Assembly: GCA_963835375.1 (NCBI GenBank)
Contig: CAWIGB010000015.1
Location: forward strand, 157,750-221,749
Direction: 5' to 3'
Length of the DNA stretch: 64,000 nucleotides
From: an uncultured Gammaproteobacteria bacterium
GTDB taxonomy: Bacteria; Pseudomonadota; Gammaproteobacteria; Nevskiales; Salinisphaeraceae
The notes under the pieces were generated by a model. That model was not told the DNA's origin and did no database searches. It saw only the letters and a program-made list of their open reading frames with translations. Shown piece after piece: positions 24,061 to 35,161 of the stretch (position 1 is its first letter; each line of letters starts with the position of its first letter). The position numbers were made by a program, and so were the translations under genes.

Positions 24061-24606
24061 ATGAGCTACGCCGACGATAATCTGATCTGGATCGACCTCG
24101 AAATGACCGGCCTGGATCCGGAAGTCGATCGCATCATCGAAATCGCCACGCTGGTCACCGACGCGAACCTCCATGTGCTGGCCGAAGGCCCCGTACTGGC
24201 CGTTCGCCAAAGCGAGGACCGTCTGGAGGGGATGGACAAGTGGAACACGCGCCAGCACAACGCCTCCGGGCTGGTCGAGCGGGTTCGCGCCTCGCAGGTC
24301 GATGAAGTCGATGCGCAGCGTCGCACCATCGAATTCCTCGAAAGCTATGTGCCCGCGCGGCGCTCGCCCATGTGTGGCAACAGCATCTGCCAGGATCGCC
24401 GGTTCCTCGCCCGTTACATGCCGGAGCTGGAGGCGTATTTTCATTATCGGCATATCGACGTCAGCACGCTCAAAGAGCTTGCGCGCCGCTGGGCTCCCGA
24501 AGTGGCAAGTGGATTCTCGAAAGAGTCGAGTCACCTGGCCATGGACGACATCCGCGACTCGATCGAGGAGCTGTCCTACTATCGCGATACATTGCTAAAG
24601 GTTTGA
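24061..24606 (+). CDS. orn: Oligoribonuclease
   Basis: [32 protein letters not shown]. Confidence 0.97.
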   Translation: MSYADDNLIWIDLEMTGLDPEVDRIIEIATLVTDANLHVLAEGPVLAVRQSEDRLEGMDKWNTRQHNASGLVERVRASQVDEVDAQRRTIEFLESYVPARRSPMCGNSICQDRRFLARYMPELEAYFHYRHIDVSTLKELARRWAPEVASGFSKESSHLAMDDIRDSIEELSYYRDTLLKV

Positions 24607-24609
24607 TGG

Positions 24610-24872
24610 CAATAGAAAACAGAAAATCGTGCGCCTAAGGTCTAACGGCCGATACGTTGACCCGCGTTGGTGCGCGGCGTAAAACAAAAGGCACGCGCAG
24701 AGGTGCAGTGCTGAATTGAAAAATTGGCGCCGTTCGCGCGGTCTCTCGGAGGGGACGGAGAAAAACAAACCACGACACGGCGGACAAAAGTATCCCGGCA
24801 GCCGCAGCTTCGACGCTGCAGAAAAACAATACGGGAACGCCAACTCAGGGCCCCTTCGCGGGGTCCTTTTTT
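24610..24872 (+). ncRNA. Candidate sRNA with repeated A-rich single-stranded motifs (CrcZ-like) or long structured 3' UTR
   Basis: About five AAAACA(A/G)A-like motifs separated by GC hairpins, ending in an intrinsic terminator. Confidence 0.4.
24848..24872 (+). terminator. Intrinsic terminator
   Basis: GGGCCCC-TTCGC-GGGGTCC-TTTTTT. Confidence 0.8.
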
Positions 24873-25005
24873 ATGCAGGCCGCCCGCCCGTGAGCCGATC
24901 CCGGCGTATTGCTCCATCGGCTCCCGCGCCGGATACATCGGGTGGCCCGCACGGGGCTGCTCTGGTTTCTCAAGTCCGCATGCCCGCGGAATCCGCTCCG
25001 TCGCT

Positions 25006-25757
25006 GTAGGCCGGCTTAGGCCGGCGACTGTAGGCCGATACCGCGCCTGTCGGATTACGCCTGTGGCAGCCACGAACCCGGCACCGTCGGCCATACACTC
25101 GCCTGGATGGCGCGCCCGACCGCTCGGCTGACCGCCGGATTACGCGGCTAATCCGACCTACGCCAAACCCCGGCAGCACGTAGGTCGGCTTAGGCCGGCG
25201 GCCGTAAGCCGACACCGCGCCCCCGGTGAGCCAAACCCGGCACCGTCGCCCAACACCCCTCGCGCCCGACCGCCCAACCTGTCGGATTACGCCTGCGGCT
25301 AATCCGACCTACGCCAAGCCCCGGCAGCACGTAGGTCGGCTTAGGCCGGCGGCCGTAAGCCGACACCGCGCCCCCGGTGAGCCAAACCCGGCACCGTCGC
25401 CCAACATCCCTCGCGCCCGACCGCCCAACCTGTCGGATTACGCCTGCGGCTAATCCGACCTACGCCAAGCCCCGGCAGCACGTAGGTCGGCTTAGGCCGG
25501 CGGCCGTAAGCCGACACCGCGCCCCCGGTGAGCCAAACCCGGCACCGTCGCCCAACACCCCTCGCGCCCGACCGCCCAACCTGTCGGATTACGCCTGCGG
25601 CTAATCCGACCTACGCCAAGCCCCGGCAGCACGTAGGTCGGCTTAGGCCGGCGGCCGTAAGCCGACACCGCGCCCCCGGTGAGCCAAACCCGGCACCGTC
25701 GCCCAACACCCCTCGCGCCCGACCGCCCAACCTGCCGGATTACGCTGCGCTAATCCG
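25006..25757. repeat. Tandem REP-doublet (BIME/REPIN-like) array, 151-bp period
   Basis: Near-identical units at 25226, 25377, 25528 and 25679, each with GTAG-led palindromes on opposite strands. Confidence 0.95.
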
Positions 25758-25816
25758 CTGACGCCATGGGATTGCCCGCCCGCAGCGCGTTGCCAACCCG
25801 CGGCTCGGCCTGGCTG

Positions 25817-27262
25817 CTACGAGTTCTTGATCTGGTCGAATGCGTCGAGCGCCTCCCTGCGGGATGCCTTCAGATCGACGATCGGCTTCGGGTAGGTCTC
25901 GCCCAGCGTCACGCCAGCATCGTCGAGGGTCTTCCGTGGCGCGGCCCACGGTTCATGAATATGCTGGTTCGGCAGATCGCGCAGCTCGGGCACCCAGCGT
26001 CTGACATAGGCACCATCGGCATCGAACCGCTCGCCCTGGCGCGCCGGGTTGAAGATGCGGAAGAAGGGGGCGGCGTCCGCGCCGCAGCCGGCCGCCCACT
26101 GCCAACCCAGCGTATTGTTGGCGAGGTCGGCATCCACGAGCGTGTCCCAGAACCAGCGTTCGCCATGTTGCCAGGCGATGCGTAGATTCTTGGTCAGAAA
26201 CGAGGCCACCGTCATGCGCAGGCGGTTGTGCATGGTGCCGGTCGCCCAGAGCTCGCGCATGCCCGCATCCACCATGGGGATACCCGTACGACCGTCCTGC
26301 CAGGCTTTCAGAGCGGCATCGTCGTGCGCCCAGGGGAATGACTTGAAGCGCACATCAAGCGGCTCCTCCGGCGTGTTTGGGAAGTGGAACAGCACATGGT
26401 GCGCGAATTCGCGCCAGCCGATCTCGCTGAGAAAGGTATTCGCATGGGGGCGGTCCGATTCATCGCCGTGCTCGTGCAGCCATTCCTCCACGCGATGCAC
26501 CACCTGCCGAGGTCCGATCTCGCCGAAATGCAGGTGCGGGGAAAGGTGCGACGTGCCCAGCTGTGCCGGGCGCTCGCGGCTCTCGCCATACTGACTGAGC
26601 GTATCCGCCACAAAAGCCTCAAGGCGGGCGTGTGCCCCGTTCTCGCCCGGGTGCCACGTCTCACGAATTCCCGTGTCCCAACGGATATCGGGCAACAGGC
26701 CCAGATCCGAAAGCGGCTCGGAACCGATCCGCGACCACACCGCCGGCATGGTAGCGGGGGCGGGCAACGGATTGCGCACCGGCTCGTCGCGAATGGCTTT
26801 CCAGAACGGCGTGAAGACCTTGTACGGCGTGCTCTGTCGGGTCGAAACAGTCCACGGCTCGTGCAGCAGCGCGGCGTTGAAGCTGACGGTCTCGATGTCG
26901 CGGTCTTCAAGGTGGCGTTTGACCTGTTTATCGCGTGCGATCGTGTTCGGATCGTACAGCCGGTTCCAGTACACCGCGCACGCACCGCTTTGCTCGATCA
27001 ACGCATCCAGCGCCGCCGACGTCGGGCCGTGCCGGATCACCAGCCGCGAGCCCAGCGCCTCAAGATCGGCGTCCAGCGCTGCCAGCGAAAAATGTTGCCA
27101 GACGCGCTGCGCACCGCCCGGCGCCCAGGCCCCGAGCTCGTCGGGCGCATGAATGAACACCGGCACAATCGAATCGAAGCCCGCCTCGAGCGCGGCGTGC
27201 AGCGCCGGATTGTCCGCCAGCCGCAAGTCGCGGCGGAACCACATAATCACGCATTTCTTCAT
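25817..27262 (-). CDS. phrB: Deoxyribodipyrimidine (CPD) photolyase
   Basis: WFRRDLRLADNPAL, TSHLSPHLHFGEI, WREF, MHNRLRM, GWQWAAG. Confidence 0.93.
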   Translation of the reverse strand: MKKCVIMWFRRDLRLADNPALHAALEAGFDSIVPVFIHAPDELGAWAPGGAQRVWQHFSLAALDADLEALGSRLVIRHGPTSAALDALIEQSGACAVYWNRLYDPNTIARDKQVKRHLEDRDIETVSFNAALLHEPWTVSTRQSTPYKVFTPFWKAIRDEPVRNPLPAPATMPAVWSRIGSEPLSDLGLLPDIRWDTGIRETWHPGENGAHARLEAFVADTLSQYGESRERPAQLGTSHLSPHLHFGEIGPRQVVHRVEEWLHEHGDESDRPHANTFLSEIGWREFAHHVLFHFPNTPEEPLDVRFKSFPWAHDDAALKAWQDGRTGIPMVDAGMRELWATGTMHNRLRMTVASFLTKNLRIAWQHGERWFWDTLVDADLANNTLGWQWAAGCGADAAPFFRIFNPARQGERFDADGAYVRRWVPELRDLPNQHIHEPWAAPRKTLDDAGVTLGETYPKPIVDLKASRREALDAFDQIKNS

Positions 27263-27401
27263 CGAAGCTCGCTTTCCAGTCAATGCAAGAAGGGGCCTAC
27301 GCATACCCCGCAACAACAGATGATAGCGCCCGGGCCGGTCACTCGAATGCGTCGCAGGCAGTCCACGTCGGACGACGCCTACGCCACGCCCGCGGCAGCA
27401 G

Positions 27402-27681
27402 GTAGGTCGGCTTAGGCCGAAGGCCGTAAGCCGACACCGAGAACTCCGCGATCGAACCCCGGCACCGTTGCGCCAGCAGGCGGCGGGCCGAACCTGTCGG
27501 ATGACGCCTTCGGCTAATCCGACCTACGCAAAAGCCGCGCAGCCCCCGCAGCCCAGTAGGTCGGCTTAGGCCGAAGGCCGTAAGCCGACACCGAGAACTC
27601 CGCGATTGAACCTCGGCACCGTTGCGCCAGCAGGTGGCGGGCCAAATCTGTCGGATGACGCCTTCGGCTAATCCGACCTAC
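27402..27681. repeat. Two REP doublets upstream of RAYT, 154-bp period
   Basis: GTAGGTCGGCTTAGGCCGAAGGCCGTAAGCCGACA at 27402 and 27556, each with an inverted partner. Confidence 0.92.
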
Positions 27682-27793
27682 GCCGTAAGCGGCCTCTACG
27701 ACCGCCGCCGAGAGCCGGCAAACCGGCATTGCCCGTCGAACCGCTCCGGTTACAATCGCGCCAGGGGCAAGGAGAAGCCGGGAGAGGGGAGCG

Positions 27794-28291
27794 ATGCGCT
27801 ACCGCCGTAACTACGTGAGTGGCGGTTGTTACTTCTTCACCGTGGTGACTGCAGGCCGCCGCTCGTGGTTTCGCGAGGCCGGCCATGTTGATCTGGTGCG
27901 GGATGCGATACGAAACGTGCGATCGCGCCACCCATTCAGCATCGAGGCGATGGTCGTCCTGCCGGATCATTTGCATGCCATCTGGACGTTGCCGCCGGAC
28001 GATCAGGATTATTCGCGGCGCTGGCGGCTGGTCAAAACCCATGTCTCCAAACGCATCGCCACCGCGGCGCCGATATGGCAATCGCGGTTCTGGGAACATA
28101 CGATCCGCGATGAAACCGATTTCGCCCGGCATATGGATTACATCCACTACAACCCGGTCAAGCACGGACTGGTCGCAACGCCTGCGGACTGGCCCCATTC
28201 GAGCTTCGCGCATTGTGTGCAGCAAGGCCGGTACGCACCCGACTGGGGTCACGTGCCGCCAGCAATACCCGACGGTATCGGTCATGAATAA
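27794..28291 (+). CDS. rayT: REP-associated tyrosine transposase (RAYT, HUH/Y1)
   Basis: GGCYFFTVVT, PDHLHAIW, WQSRFWEH, YIHYNPVKHG; flanked by REP clusters. Confidence 0.93.
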   Translation: MRYRRNYVSGGCYFFTVVTAGRRSWFREAGHVDLVRDAIRNVRSRHPFSIEAMVVLPDHLHAIWTLPPDDQDYSRRWRLVKTHVSKRIATAAPIWQSRFWEHTIRDETDFARHMDYIHYNPVKHGLVATPADWPHSSFAHCVQQGRYAPDWGHVPPAIPDGIGHE

Positions 28292-28313
28292 TGGCGCGAT
28301 GGGAATCCTTCAC

Positions 28314-29005
28314 GTCGGATTACGCCTGCGGCTAATCCGACCTACGCAAGACGGACGAGCGAACCGGCGTGGGCCGGTCAACCCGCGTAGGTCGGCTTAG
28401 GCCGAAGGCCGTAAGCCGACAGCGCGAACCCGGTGAGTGGCATTCGATGTCGTAGCCTGGCGTGGGTGCGAGGCCGACGTCGGATTACGCCTGCGGCTAA
28501 TCCGACCTACGCAAGACGGACGAGCGAACCGGCGTAGGCCGGTCAACCCGCGTAGGTCGGCTTAGGCCGAAGGCCGTAAGCCGACAGCGCAAACCCGGCG
28601 AGTGGCATTCGATGTCGTAGCCTGGCGTGGGTGCGAGGCCGACGTCGGATTACGCCTGCGGCTAATCCGACCTACGCAAGACGGGTGAGCGAACCGACGT
28701 GGGCCGGTCAACCCGCGTAGGTCGGCTTAGGCCGAAGGCCGTAAGCCGACAGCGCGAACCCGGCGAGTGGCATTCGATGTCGTAGCCTGGCGTGGGTGCG
28801 AGGCCGACGTCGGATTACGCCTGCGGCTAATCCGACCTACGCAAGACGGGCGAGCGAACCGGCGTAGGCCGGTCAACCCGCGTAGGTCGGCTTAGGCCGA
28901 AGGCCGTAAGCCGACAGCGCGAGCCCGCGAGCGGGCCTCGGTGCCATTGTCCCAGCAGGCCAGCGCCGAACCTGTCGGATTACGCCTGCGGCTAATCCGA
29001 CCTAC
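28314..29005. repeat. Tandem REP-doublet array downstream of RAYT, 165-bp period
   Basis: Units start at 28314, 28479, 28644, 28809 and 28974. Confidence 0.95.
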
Positions 29006-29053
29006 GGGGTGGCAGGGCTTGCGGGTGAGCCGTGGCCTAGCCAGATGGACGCC

Positions 29054-30624
29054 TCAAACGCGCTCGCCGTCTTGAATCCGCTGGCGCAAAATATGAGCTT
29101 GGCGACGGATCGCGTCCATCAGCCCCTCATCCGCGCGTTTCTTCTCCAGGTTCTTCACCTGAAACACCATGCGACGGTTATCGCGAAACGCATTGAGATT
29201 ACGGTCGAGGAAATCCCAGTAAAGCGTTGTTATCGGACAGGCGTTATCGCCCGCTGCTTGCTTGTAATCGAACCGGCAACTCTTGCAGTGATTGCTCATC
29301 TTGTTGATGTAATTGCCTGATGCACAATACGGTTTGGTCCCGAGGAGGCCGCCGTCGCCAAACTGGCTCATGCCCAGCGTGTTGGGCAGGCTGGCCCAAT
29401 CGATCGAGTCGAGATACATGGCCATGTGCCACTCGTGGAATCGGTAGGGATGGACGCCAGCCACGAGTGCAAACAGGCCGAGCACCATCAGCCGCTGGAT
29501 GTGATGCGCATAGCCGTTGTCGAGCACGTTTCGCATGGCATCGGCAACACAGGCCATATCCGTGTCGCCATCCCAGAACGCGCGCGGTACCGGCAACTCG
29601 GCGCGCAAGACGTTCCGACGGGCATAGCCCGGCATTTCGCGCCAGTAGATGCCGCGCACGAATTCCCGCCAGCCGAGTACCTGGCGGACGTAGCCTTCCA
29701 CGCTGTTGAGCGGCGCCTTGCCGGCGATGTACGCATCAACTGCTGCATCGACGCATTCGCGTGGGTCGATGAGATGGAGGTTGAGCGCCGCGGAAAGCCG
29801 GGAGTGATACGCAAACTGCATGTCCGTCCAGAGCGCATCCTGATAGTCGCCGAACAGCGCGAGCCGGATGATCGACGAAATCGCGCAACGCGGTACGCGC
29901 TTCGTCGCGGGTCACGGGCAGGTCGAAGCTGCCGATATGGCCCGGATGGTCGCCGAATCGTGCCGCGACCATGTCGATGACTTCGCGCGTGATGTCGTCG
30001 GCACGAAAGCGACGGACGTGCGGAAGCTTCCCGGGCCCGTTGCGGCCGAAGGTCTGCTCGGTTCTGCTTGTCGAAATTCCATTGGCCGCCTTCCGGCTTG
30101 TCACCATCCATCAGGATATTCTCGGCGCGCCGCATCCAGCGATAGAAATGCTCCAGCAGCAGCGAACCGCGTTCATCGGCCCAGGCGTTGAACGCCTCGC
30201 GACTGCAATAGAAATGGCGATCCGGCCGAACCTGCAAGGGCAGTTCGTGTGCCTTCGCGCACGCGGTCAGCATCTCATGCACCCGATAATCGCCGCATTC
30301 GGTCATCACCAGTCGCTGCGGGCCGAGTTCGTTGATCGCGGCGGTCAGAATCGCTGCGAAATCGGGGCCGCTGTCGCGACGCCCGTCCGCTCCCAGTGCG
30401 TGGTACCAGACCTCGTAGCCGCGTTCGCGCAGATCGTCGCGATGATGGCGCATGGCGGCAAAGAACAGCACCAGCCGCTGTTTGTGGCACCAGACGTGCG
30501 TGGCCTCGGTCTGGTTCTCTGCCATCCAGACCACGTCGCGCGCCGGGTCGTAATCATCCAGCGCGGACAAGCGCCGATCGAGTTGGTCGCCGAGCACGAG
30601 CACGAGATTTCGAATGTCGGCCAA
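29054..30624 (-). CDS. FeS-BCP class cryptochrome/(6-4) photolyase (frameshifts ~29870 and ~30060)
   Basis: [42 protein letters not shown]...ACP cysteine cluster. Confidence 0.88.
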
Positions 30625-31091
30625 TGGTTGCTCTAGATATCCCAGGTGTGCGATAGGCTACGCCGATCGACAGGGCGCGGATGCCGGATTACCGCTCCGG
30701 CTCATCCGATCTGCAGCGCTCTCGCAGTATCCGAGGCAGACAGGGCCGCACAGCCCGGCTCGCCTGCGAAACCGCGGCCGGTGGCCGGGCCGACGACTGT
30801 GACTCGGCGGTTCGCAGTCGGAGAGGCCGTCAAAAACAGGGCACGCGTTCATCAACATGTTGCGTATAATCGCCGGCCGGCAGGGGAACGGGCGCTTCGG
30901 GAAGAACGAACGACCGACAAAACAGCGGCAGCGAGACACTCGGCGGTTGCCTGACGAAAATAGTGCGCCGCCGCTCTGACTGCGCACCGCCCCGTAAGGC
31001 AGCGACTCGGGACACCGACCGCAAATCGACAACGGCCGCCGTGAATCCGAGTGATCGTGCGCCAGCAACCCCGTCCAGATCAGGAAAACTG

Positions 31092-32423
31092 ATGAGTCCC
31101 AAAGTGACACGGTACGACGCAATCGCCCGAACAGCCGACCGAATCGGTTTGTTTGCACTCTTTGCGTTTGCATGTCTGCAAATGACAAAAGAGGTCGACT
31201 CGCTTTGTTTGCTGCTCGTGATGTTGCTCTGCATCGTCGTCGACATCCGCCGGTTAGGCGCCGCTATGGCGCGTAGCACCGTCGCCCGCCTCACGCTCGT
31301 TATCGGACTCTACGTCGTTTTATGGACCGTGGTTTCCTCCTGGCGCCAGCCGCAACTCGCAGACGCCAACTTTCACCGGCTGCCCGACTGGCTGACACTT
31401 CTGCTGTTTCCGCTGATCGCCTGGTTCACGCGGGGGCAAACCAAGCGCGTGCTCACCGTATTGGCGTTGGCGCTGGTGGGCATACTGCTTGGCATAGCGC
31501 AGAGCTCGAATTGGCATGAAATCGCGCAAGCGTGGGCTCACGCGAGCGTCCGCGCTCACTGGGGCGGCTCATTCGTGGTGCGTGCCTTTGCCTTGGGCAC
31601 GGCGTTACTCGGATGGATTATCCTCGCCAAGCGAATCGTGGGCAGAGGACGATGGCAACCACTGCGAGTGGTCGGCTGGCTCTTGGTCGCCGCCGTGCTG
31701 AGCGAAATGCTGTTCCTTACGCAGTCCCGAAACATAATGCTTTCATTGCTCCTGCTGCTCCCCGTGGTGACCGTCGTCTCCATACGCAGGCTTGTAAAGT
31801 CGGGCCATAGAAAACAGGCATTCGGCTTCGGGCTGCTTGTGCTGGTAGGGGCCATAACGCTTTCGGCGGGCAACTTCGGCCGTATCGCACACCGGTATCA
31901 AGAAACCGAAAGTACGCTGAACCACATCGCGACGGTTCATAAAATCCCGGAAACATCGCTTGGCATCCGGCTCAAGCTTTACACGTTTGGCTCGAAGCTA
32001 TGGCTGGAACGGCCGATCCTGGGCTGGGGCCCCGGCTACGAAGCGACGAAGATGAACGAAAACGCGCCGCCAATTGCAAGAAACTTCACGCACTTGCATA
32101 ACGGCTACCTCGTCGTCCTGGTTCGTTTCGGGATGGTCGGCTTGCTGCTGTGTGGCGCGTTGGCCTTTTATTTCGGCCGGGACTTTTTCCGGGCCTGGCG
32201 GGATGGCGATGTCGAGCCGGATATCGGGCTTTTTCTGGTCTCCGCAACCGCTATGGGCGGCATGATGAACGTGGTGACCAGTCAGCTGGTGCATACGCGA
32301 TACGCGTTCCTGCATATTCTGCTTTTAGGCCTGACATTCGGGTACGTACTCGCCCATGAGTCGAACCGACCGAGAGCCGCGCGTGGATTGGGCGGCCCGT
32401 CCGTACAAAAAGCCAACCCATAG
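31092..32423 (+). CDS. O-antigen ligase (WaaL/Wzy_C) family protein
   Basis: Multi-TM, TQSR, RPILGWG, HLHNGYL. Confidence 0.85.
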   Translation: MSPKVTRYDAIARTADRIGLFALFAFACLQMTKEVDSLCLLLVMLLCIVVDIRRLGAAMARSTVARLTLVIGLYVVLWTVVSSWRQPQLADANFHRLPDWLTLLLFPLIAWFTRGQTKRVLTVLALALVGILLGIAQSSNWHEIAQAWAHASVRAHWGGSFVVRAFALGTALLGWIILAKRIVGRGRWQPLRVVGWLLVAAVLSEMLFLTQSRNIMLSLLLLLPVVTVVSIRRLVKSGHRKQAFGFGLLVLVGAITLSAGNFGRIAHRYQETESTLNHIATVHKIPETSLGIRLKLYTFGSKLWLERPILGWGPGYEATKMNENAPPIARNFTHLHNGYLVVLVRFGMVGLLLCGALAFYFGRDFFRAWRDGDVEPDIGLFLVSATAMGGMMNVVTSQLVHTRYAFLHILLLGLTFGYVLAHESNRPRAARGLGGPSVQKANP

Positions 32424-32429
32424 ATCATG

Positions 32430-33060
32430 GTTGGACGTTCGGAGCGGGCCACGAGGTTTTTCGAGCGGCGCTCATCGCCGGGGGGTAAGCGAGTGCGGCG
32501 GTGCCCCCCGCCTGCTGAAAGCCGCGATGCCCAAGTTGCTGATTGCAAGCACATGCGCGCCGGCGCCCTATGACGGGCGATGTGACCATTGCTTTGACTG
32601 AGCCAGCCGTAGCGGGCGCGCCTTCGGACTGGGTGCGCGATGGCGCGCAGTGCGTTATGCAACAGAGGGTACAAACCGGCCCGGATGCGTTGCGGGCCAA
32701 GTCCGACCGAGACAGCGTGGCACGGCAGGCCTTGGCCGGTAACGATTATCAGCTCGAAGGCGGTATGCGCCGCGGCGTCGCTCCAGTCTTGTTCGCGCTG
32801 CCCGGGGCTCGTGATCACGGTGTAAGCGTCGCAGCCAATCGGGCGGTTGGCGATGGTCGGTTGGGCTTCGGAGCCGCGCTGGCCGAGGTTTATCCCAAAA
32901 CCGGCGCTCAGCGTCAGGCGACACCACACCGCGAGCGCATTCGACAAGCGTCGCAGCGGATTCAGCCGCAGGTCAAAGGTCAACGCCACGAGATCCGGCA
33001 GGCCGGCGATACGGCCATGCCAAGCAAGCGTTGGAGCAACTTCCGCCGGTCCACGACGGC
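32430..33060 (+). pseudogene. Highly degenerate IS256-family transposase remnant
   Basis: AVGDGRLGFGAALAEVYPKT..QR and QPQVKGQRHEIRQA resemble the IS256 motif AVGDGALGFWAAL.EVYP.T..QRC. Confidence 0.65.
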
Positions 33061-33110
33061 AAATTTCCCGAGGCCGCCGCGTGCCTTCTAACAGACCACC
33101 AGACCAGCTC

Positions 33111-33893
33111 GTCACCGCGTCACTCGAGGAGAGCATCGCGGGTGCGGCGCGCGCGTTGGGTTCGGCCTCCCGCGTGCTCGCGATCACCGGGGCCGGTATG
33201 TCCGCCGACTCCGGCATGCCGACATACCGCGGCGTCGGCGGCCTGTACAACGACGAAGCCACCGCCGACGGGGTGCCCATCGAACAGGCACTCTCGGGCC
33301 CGATGTTCGCCCGCGACCCTGGGCTGACCTGGAAATACCTGGCCCAGATCGAGTCCGCGTGCCGCGGCGCACGGCCGAATGCAGGCCACCAGGGGCTCGT
33401 CTCCCTGGCCGGACATGTCGATCATCTATGCGTGGTCACGCAGAACGTGGATGGCCTGCACCGCGCCGCCGGTACGCACGACATTATCGAGATGCACGGC
33501 AATATTCATCGCCTGTTCTGCATACGCTGCGGACAATCCCGCCATGTTCAGGACTACTCGGGCCTCCGTCAGTGGCCGCCGCTGTGCGCGCGCTGCGATG
33601 GCGTCGAGCGTCCGGCGGTGGTGCTGTTCGGCGAAATGCTGCCCCGTTCGGCGCTGGAACGTTACCAGCGAGAACTGGCCAGAGGCTTCGACGTCGTGCT
33701 CATGATCGGCACCACGGCTGTCTTCGAATACATTGCGGCGCCGGCCCATGCCGCGGCGGCGGGGCAGGGAAAGGCAATTGAGATCAATCCGGCAGAAACG
33801 CCAATCACCGCATTGTGCGATGTAAAGTGCACAGGGCGTGCCGCCGATGTGATCCCTGAACTCGTGCGGCAGCTCGAAACGGGCGCGGCCTGA
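33111..33893 (+). CDS. cobB: NAD-dependent protein deacylase (Sir2); start codon uncertain
   Basis: [25 protein letters not shown], CxxC..Cxx[10 protein letters not shown]. Confidence 0.88.
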   Translation, partial: VTASLEESIAGAARALGSASRVLAITGAGMSADSGMPTYRGVGGLYNDEATADGVPIEQALSGPMFARDPGLTWKYLAQIESACRGARPNAGHQGLVSLAGHVDHLCVVTQNVDGLHRAAGTHDIIEMHGNIHRLFCIRCGQSRHVQDYSGLRQWPPLCARCDGVERPAVVLFGEMLPRSALERYQRELARGFDVVLMIGTTAVFEYIAAPAHAAAAGQGKAIEINPAETPITALCDVKCTGRAADVIPELVRQLETGAA

Positions 33894-33937
33894 CTGGTAC
33901 GACCTGGCTTGCTTGGATAGGAAATGGACGCGAATCG

Positions 33938-34573
33938 ATGAACAAGAACGAAAACCTCGTCTGGCACGAAGGCTCCGTCAACCGGCAACGGCGCGAAGCC
34001 ATCAATCGGCATCGCGGCCTCACCATCTGGTTCACCGGCCTCTCGGGTTCGGGCAAATCCACCATCTCGGTCGCGCTCGAAGAACGGCTCACCAACATGG
34101 GCTGTCGCACCTACCGTCTGGATGGCGACAACGTACGCACCGGCCTCAATCGCGATCTATCGTTCACGCCGGAAGACCGGATCGAGAACATCCGCCGGAT
34201 CGGTGAAGTCGCCAAGCTGTTTCGCGACGCGGGGGTCATCAACCTCACGGCGTTCATCTCGCCGTATCGCCGAGATCGCGAGATGGCGCGAGCGCTTTCC
34301 AGCGAAGATGATTTCGTCGAAGTGTTCGTGGACGCGCCGCTCGAAGTCTGCGAACAACGCGACCCCAAGGGGCTGTACAAAAAGGCGCGTGCCGGGAGCA
34401 TCCCGAATTTCACCGGCATCAGCGCCCCGTATGAGCCGCCGGAGCACGCAGAAGTGCATTTGCACACCGCGGATAAGGACATCTACGGCTGTGTGGACCA
34501 ACTGGTCGAGTACCTGATCACAAACGGATACCTCGAACGTTCACTGGTCGCGGCCGCGGGTTCAGCGCGGTGA
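33938..34573 (+). CDS. cysC: Adenylyl-sulfate kinase
   Basis: [30 protein letters not shown]. Confidence 0.96.
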   Translation: MNKNENLVWHEGSVNRQRREAINRHRGLTIWFTGLSGSGKSTISVALEERLTNMGCRTYRLDGDNVRTGLNRDLSFTPEDRIENIRRIGEVAKLFRDAGVINLTAFISPYRRDREMARALSSEDDFVEVFVDAPLEVCEQRDPKGLYKKARAGSIPNFTGISAPYEPPEHAEVHLHTADKDIYGCVDQLVEYLITNGYLERSLVAAAGSAR

Positions 34574-34669
34574 AGAGCGTGCGTTTGGAACGTGTCTGTA
34601 GGCGTGACACGTTGTGCTATCCTGCCGCGCTTCGACTCGAACCGCTGGTGCCTCCCGTATGTATCCCTA

Positions 34670-35161
34670 ATGCGCCTTGGCCTGCTCGTCATCGCCTCCG
34701 TCACCATCGCCGGCTGCAGTGCGCTTCACCTGGGTGGAAACGCATCGGGCGTATCGGTTGTGGGCAAGAGCACGTATTGCGGCACGCCGTCGCAAGCCTC
34801 CGAAGTGCATTACTTTGCCGATCCCGACGCATTCCAGAACTGGATCGATTATCGCAACGTCTCCGGCTTCAGCCCGAAAATGGCGCGTAACGGCGTGCTC
34901 ATCGTGGAGATGGGCCAGCGTCCGACCGGGGGCTACGATATCCGCCTCAACGGCAAGAAAACCGGCATCAAGAACAACATATTGACCATCGGTATGGACT
35001 GGCACGCCCCGCGGCTCGATGCCGCTGTAAGCCAGGCCATGATCAGCCAGTGTGTCGCCCTGCATTTTCCGCAAGGGCAGTATCAGAAGGTTCGCGTTGT
35101 GGACCAGCTTGGCAATCTGCGCGGAAGCGTCAATGTTTCCGATAGTCAGGCGAACTCCTGA
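34670..35161 (+). CDS. Lipoprotein with PrcB C-terminal-like domain
   Basis: Lipobox IAGC, MGQRPTGGYDI motif. Confidence 0.7.
   Translation: MRLGLLVIASVTIAGCSALHLGGNASGVSVVGKSTYCGTPSQASEVHYFADPDAFQNWIDYRNVSGFSPKMARNGVLIVEMGQRPTGGYDIRLNGKKTGIKNNILTIGMDWHAPRLDAAVSQAMISQCVALHFPQGQYQKVRVVDQLGNLRGSVNVSDSQANS

Noticed and set aside
25226-25761. Repeated 75-aa ORFs (MSQTRHRR...)
   Set aside because: They are translation by-products of the 151-bp REP tandem repeat.
25006-29005. Regular repeats read as a CRISPR array
   Set aside because: Spacers are near-identical within each array, the repeats are GTAG-type REP palindromes in alternating orientation, and there are no cas genes.
33938-34573. cysC next to rml genes as evidence of a sulfated polysaccharide
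   Set aside because: No sulfotransferase or cysDN is visible in the window, so the link is unsupported.
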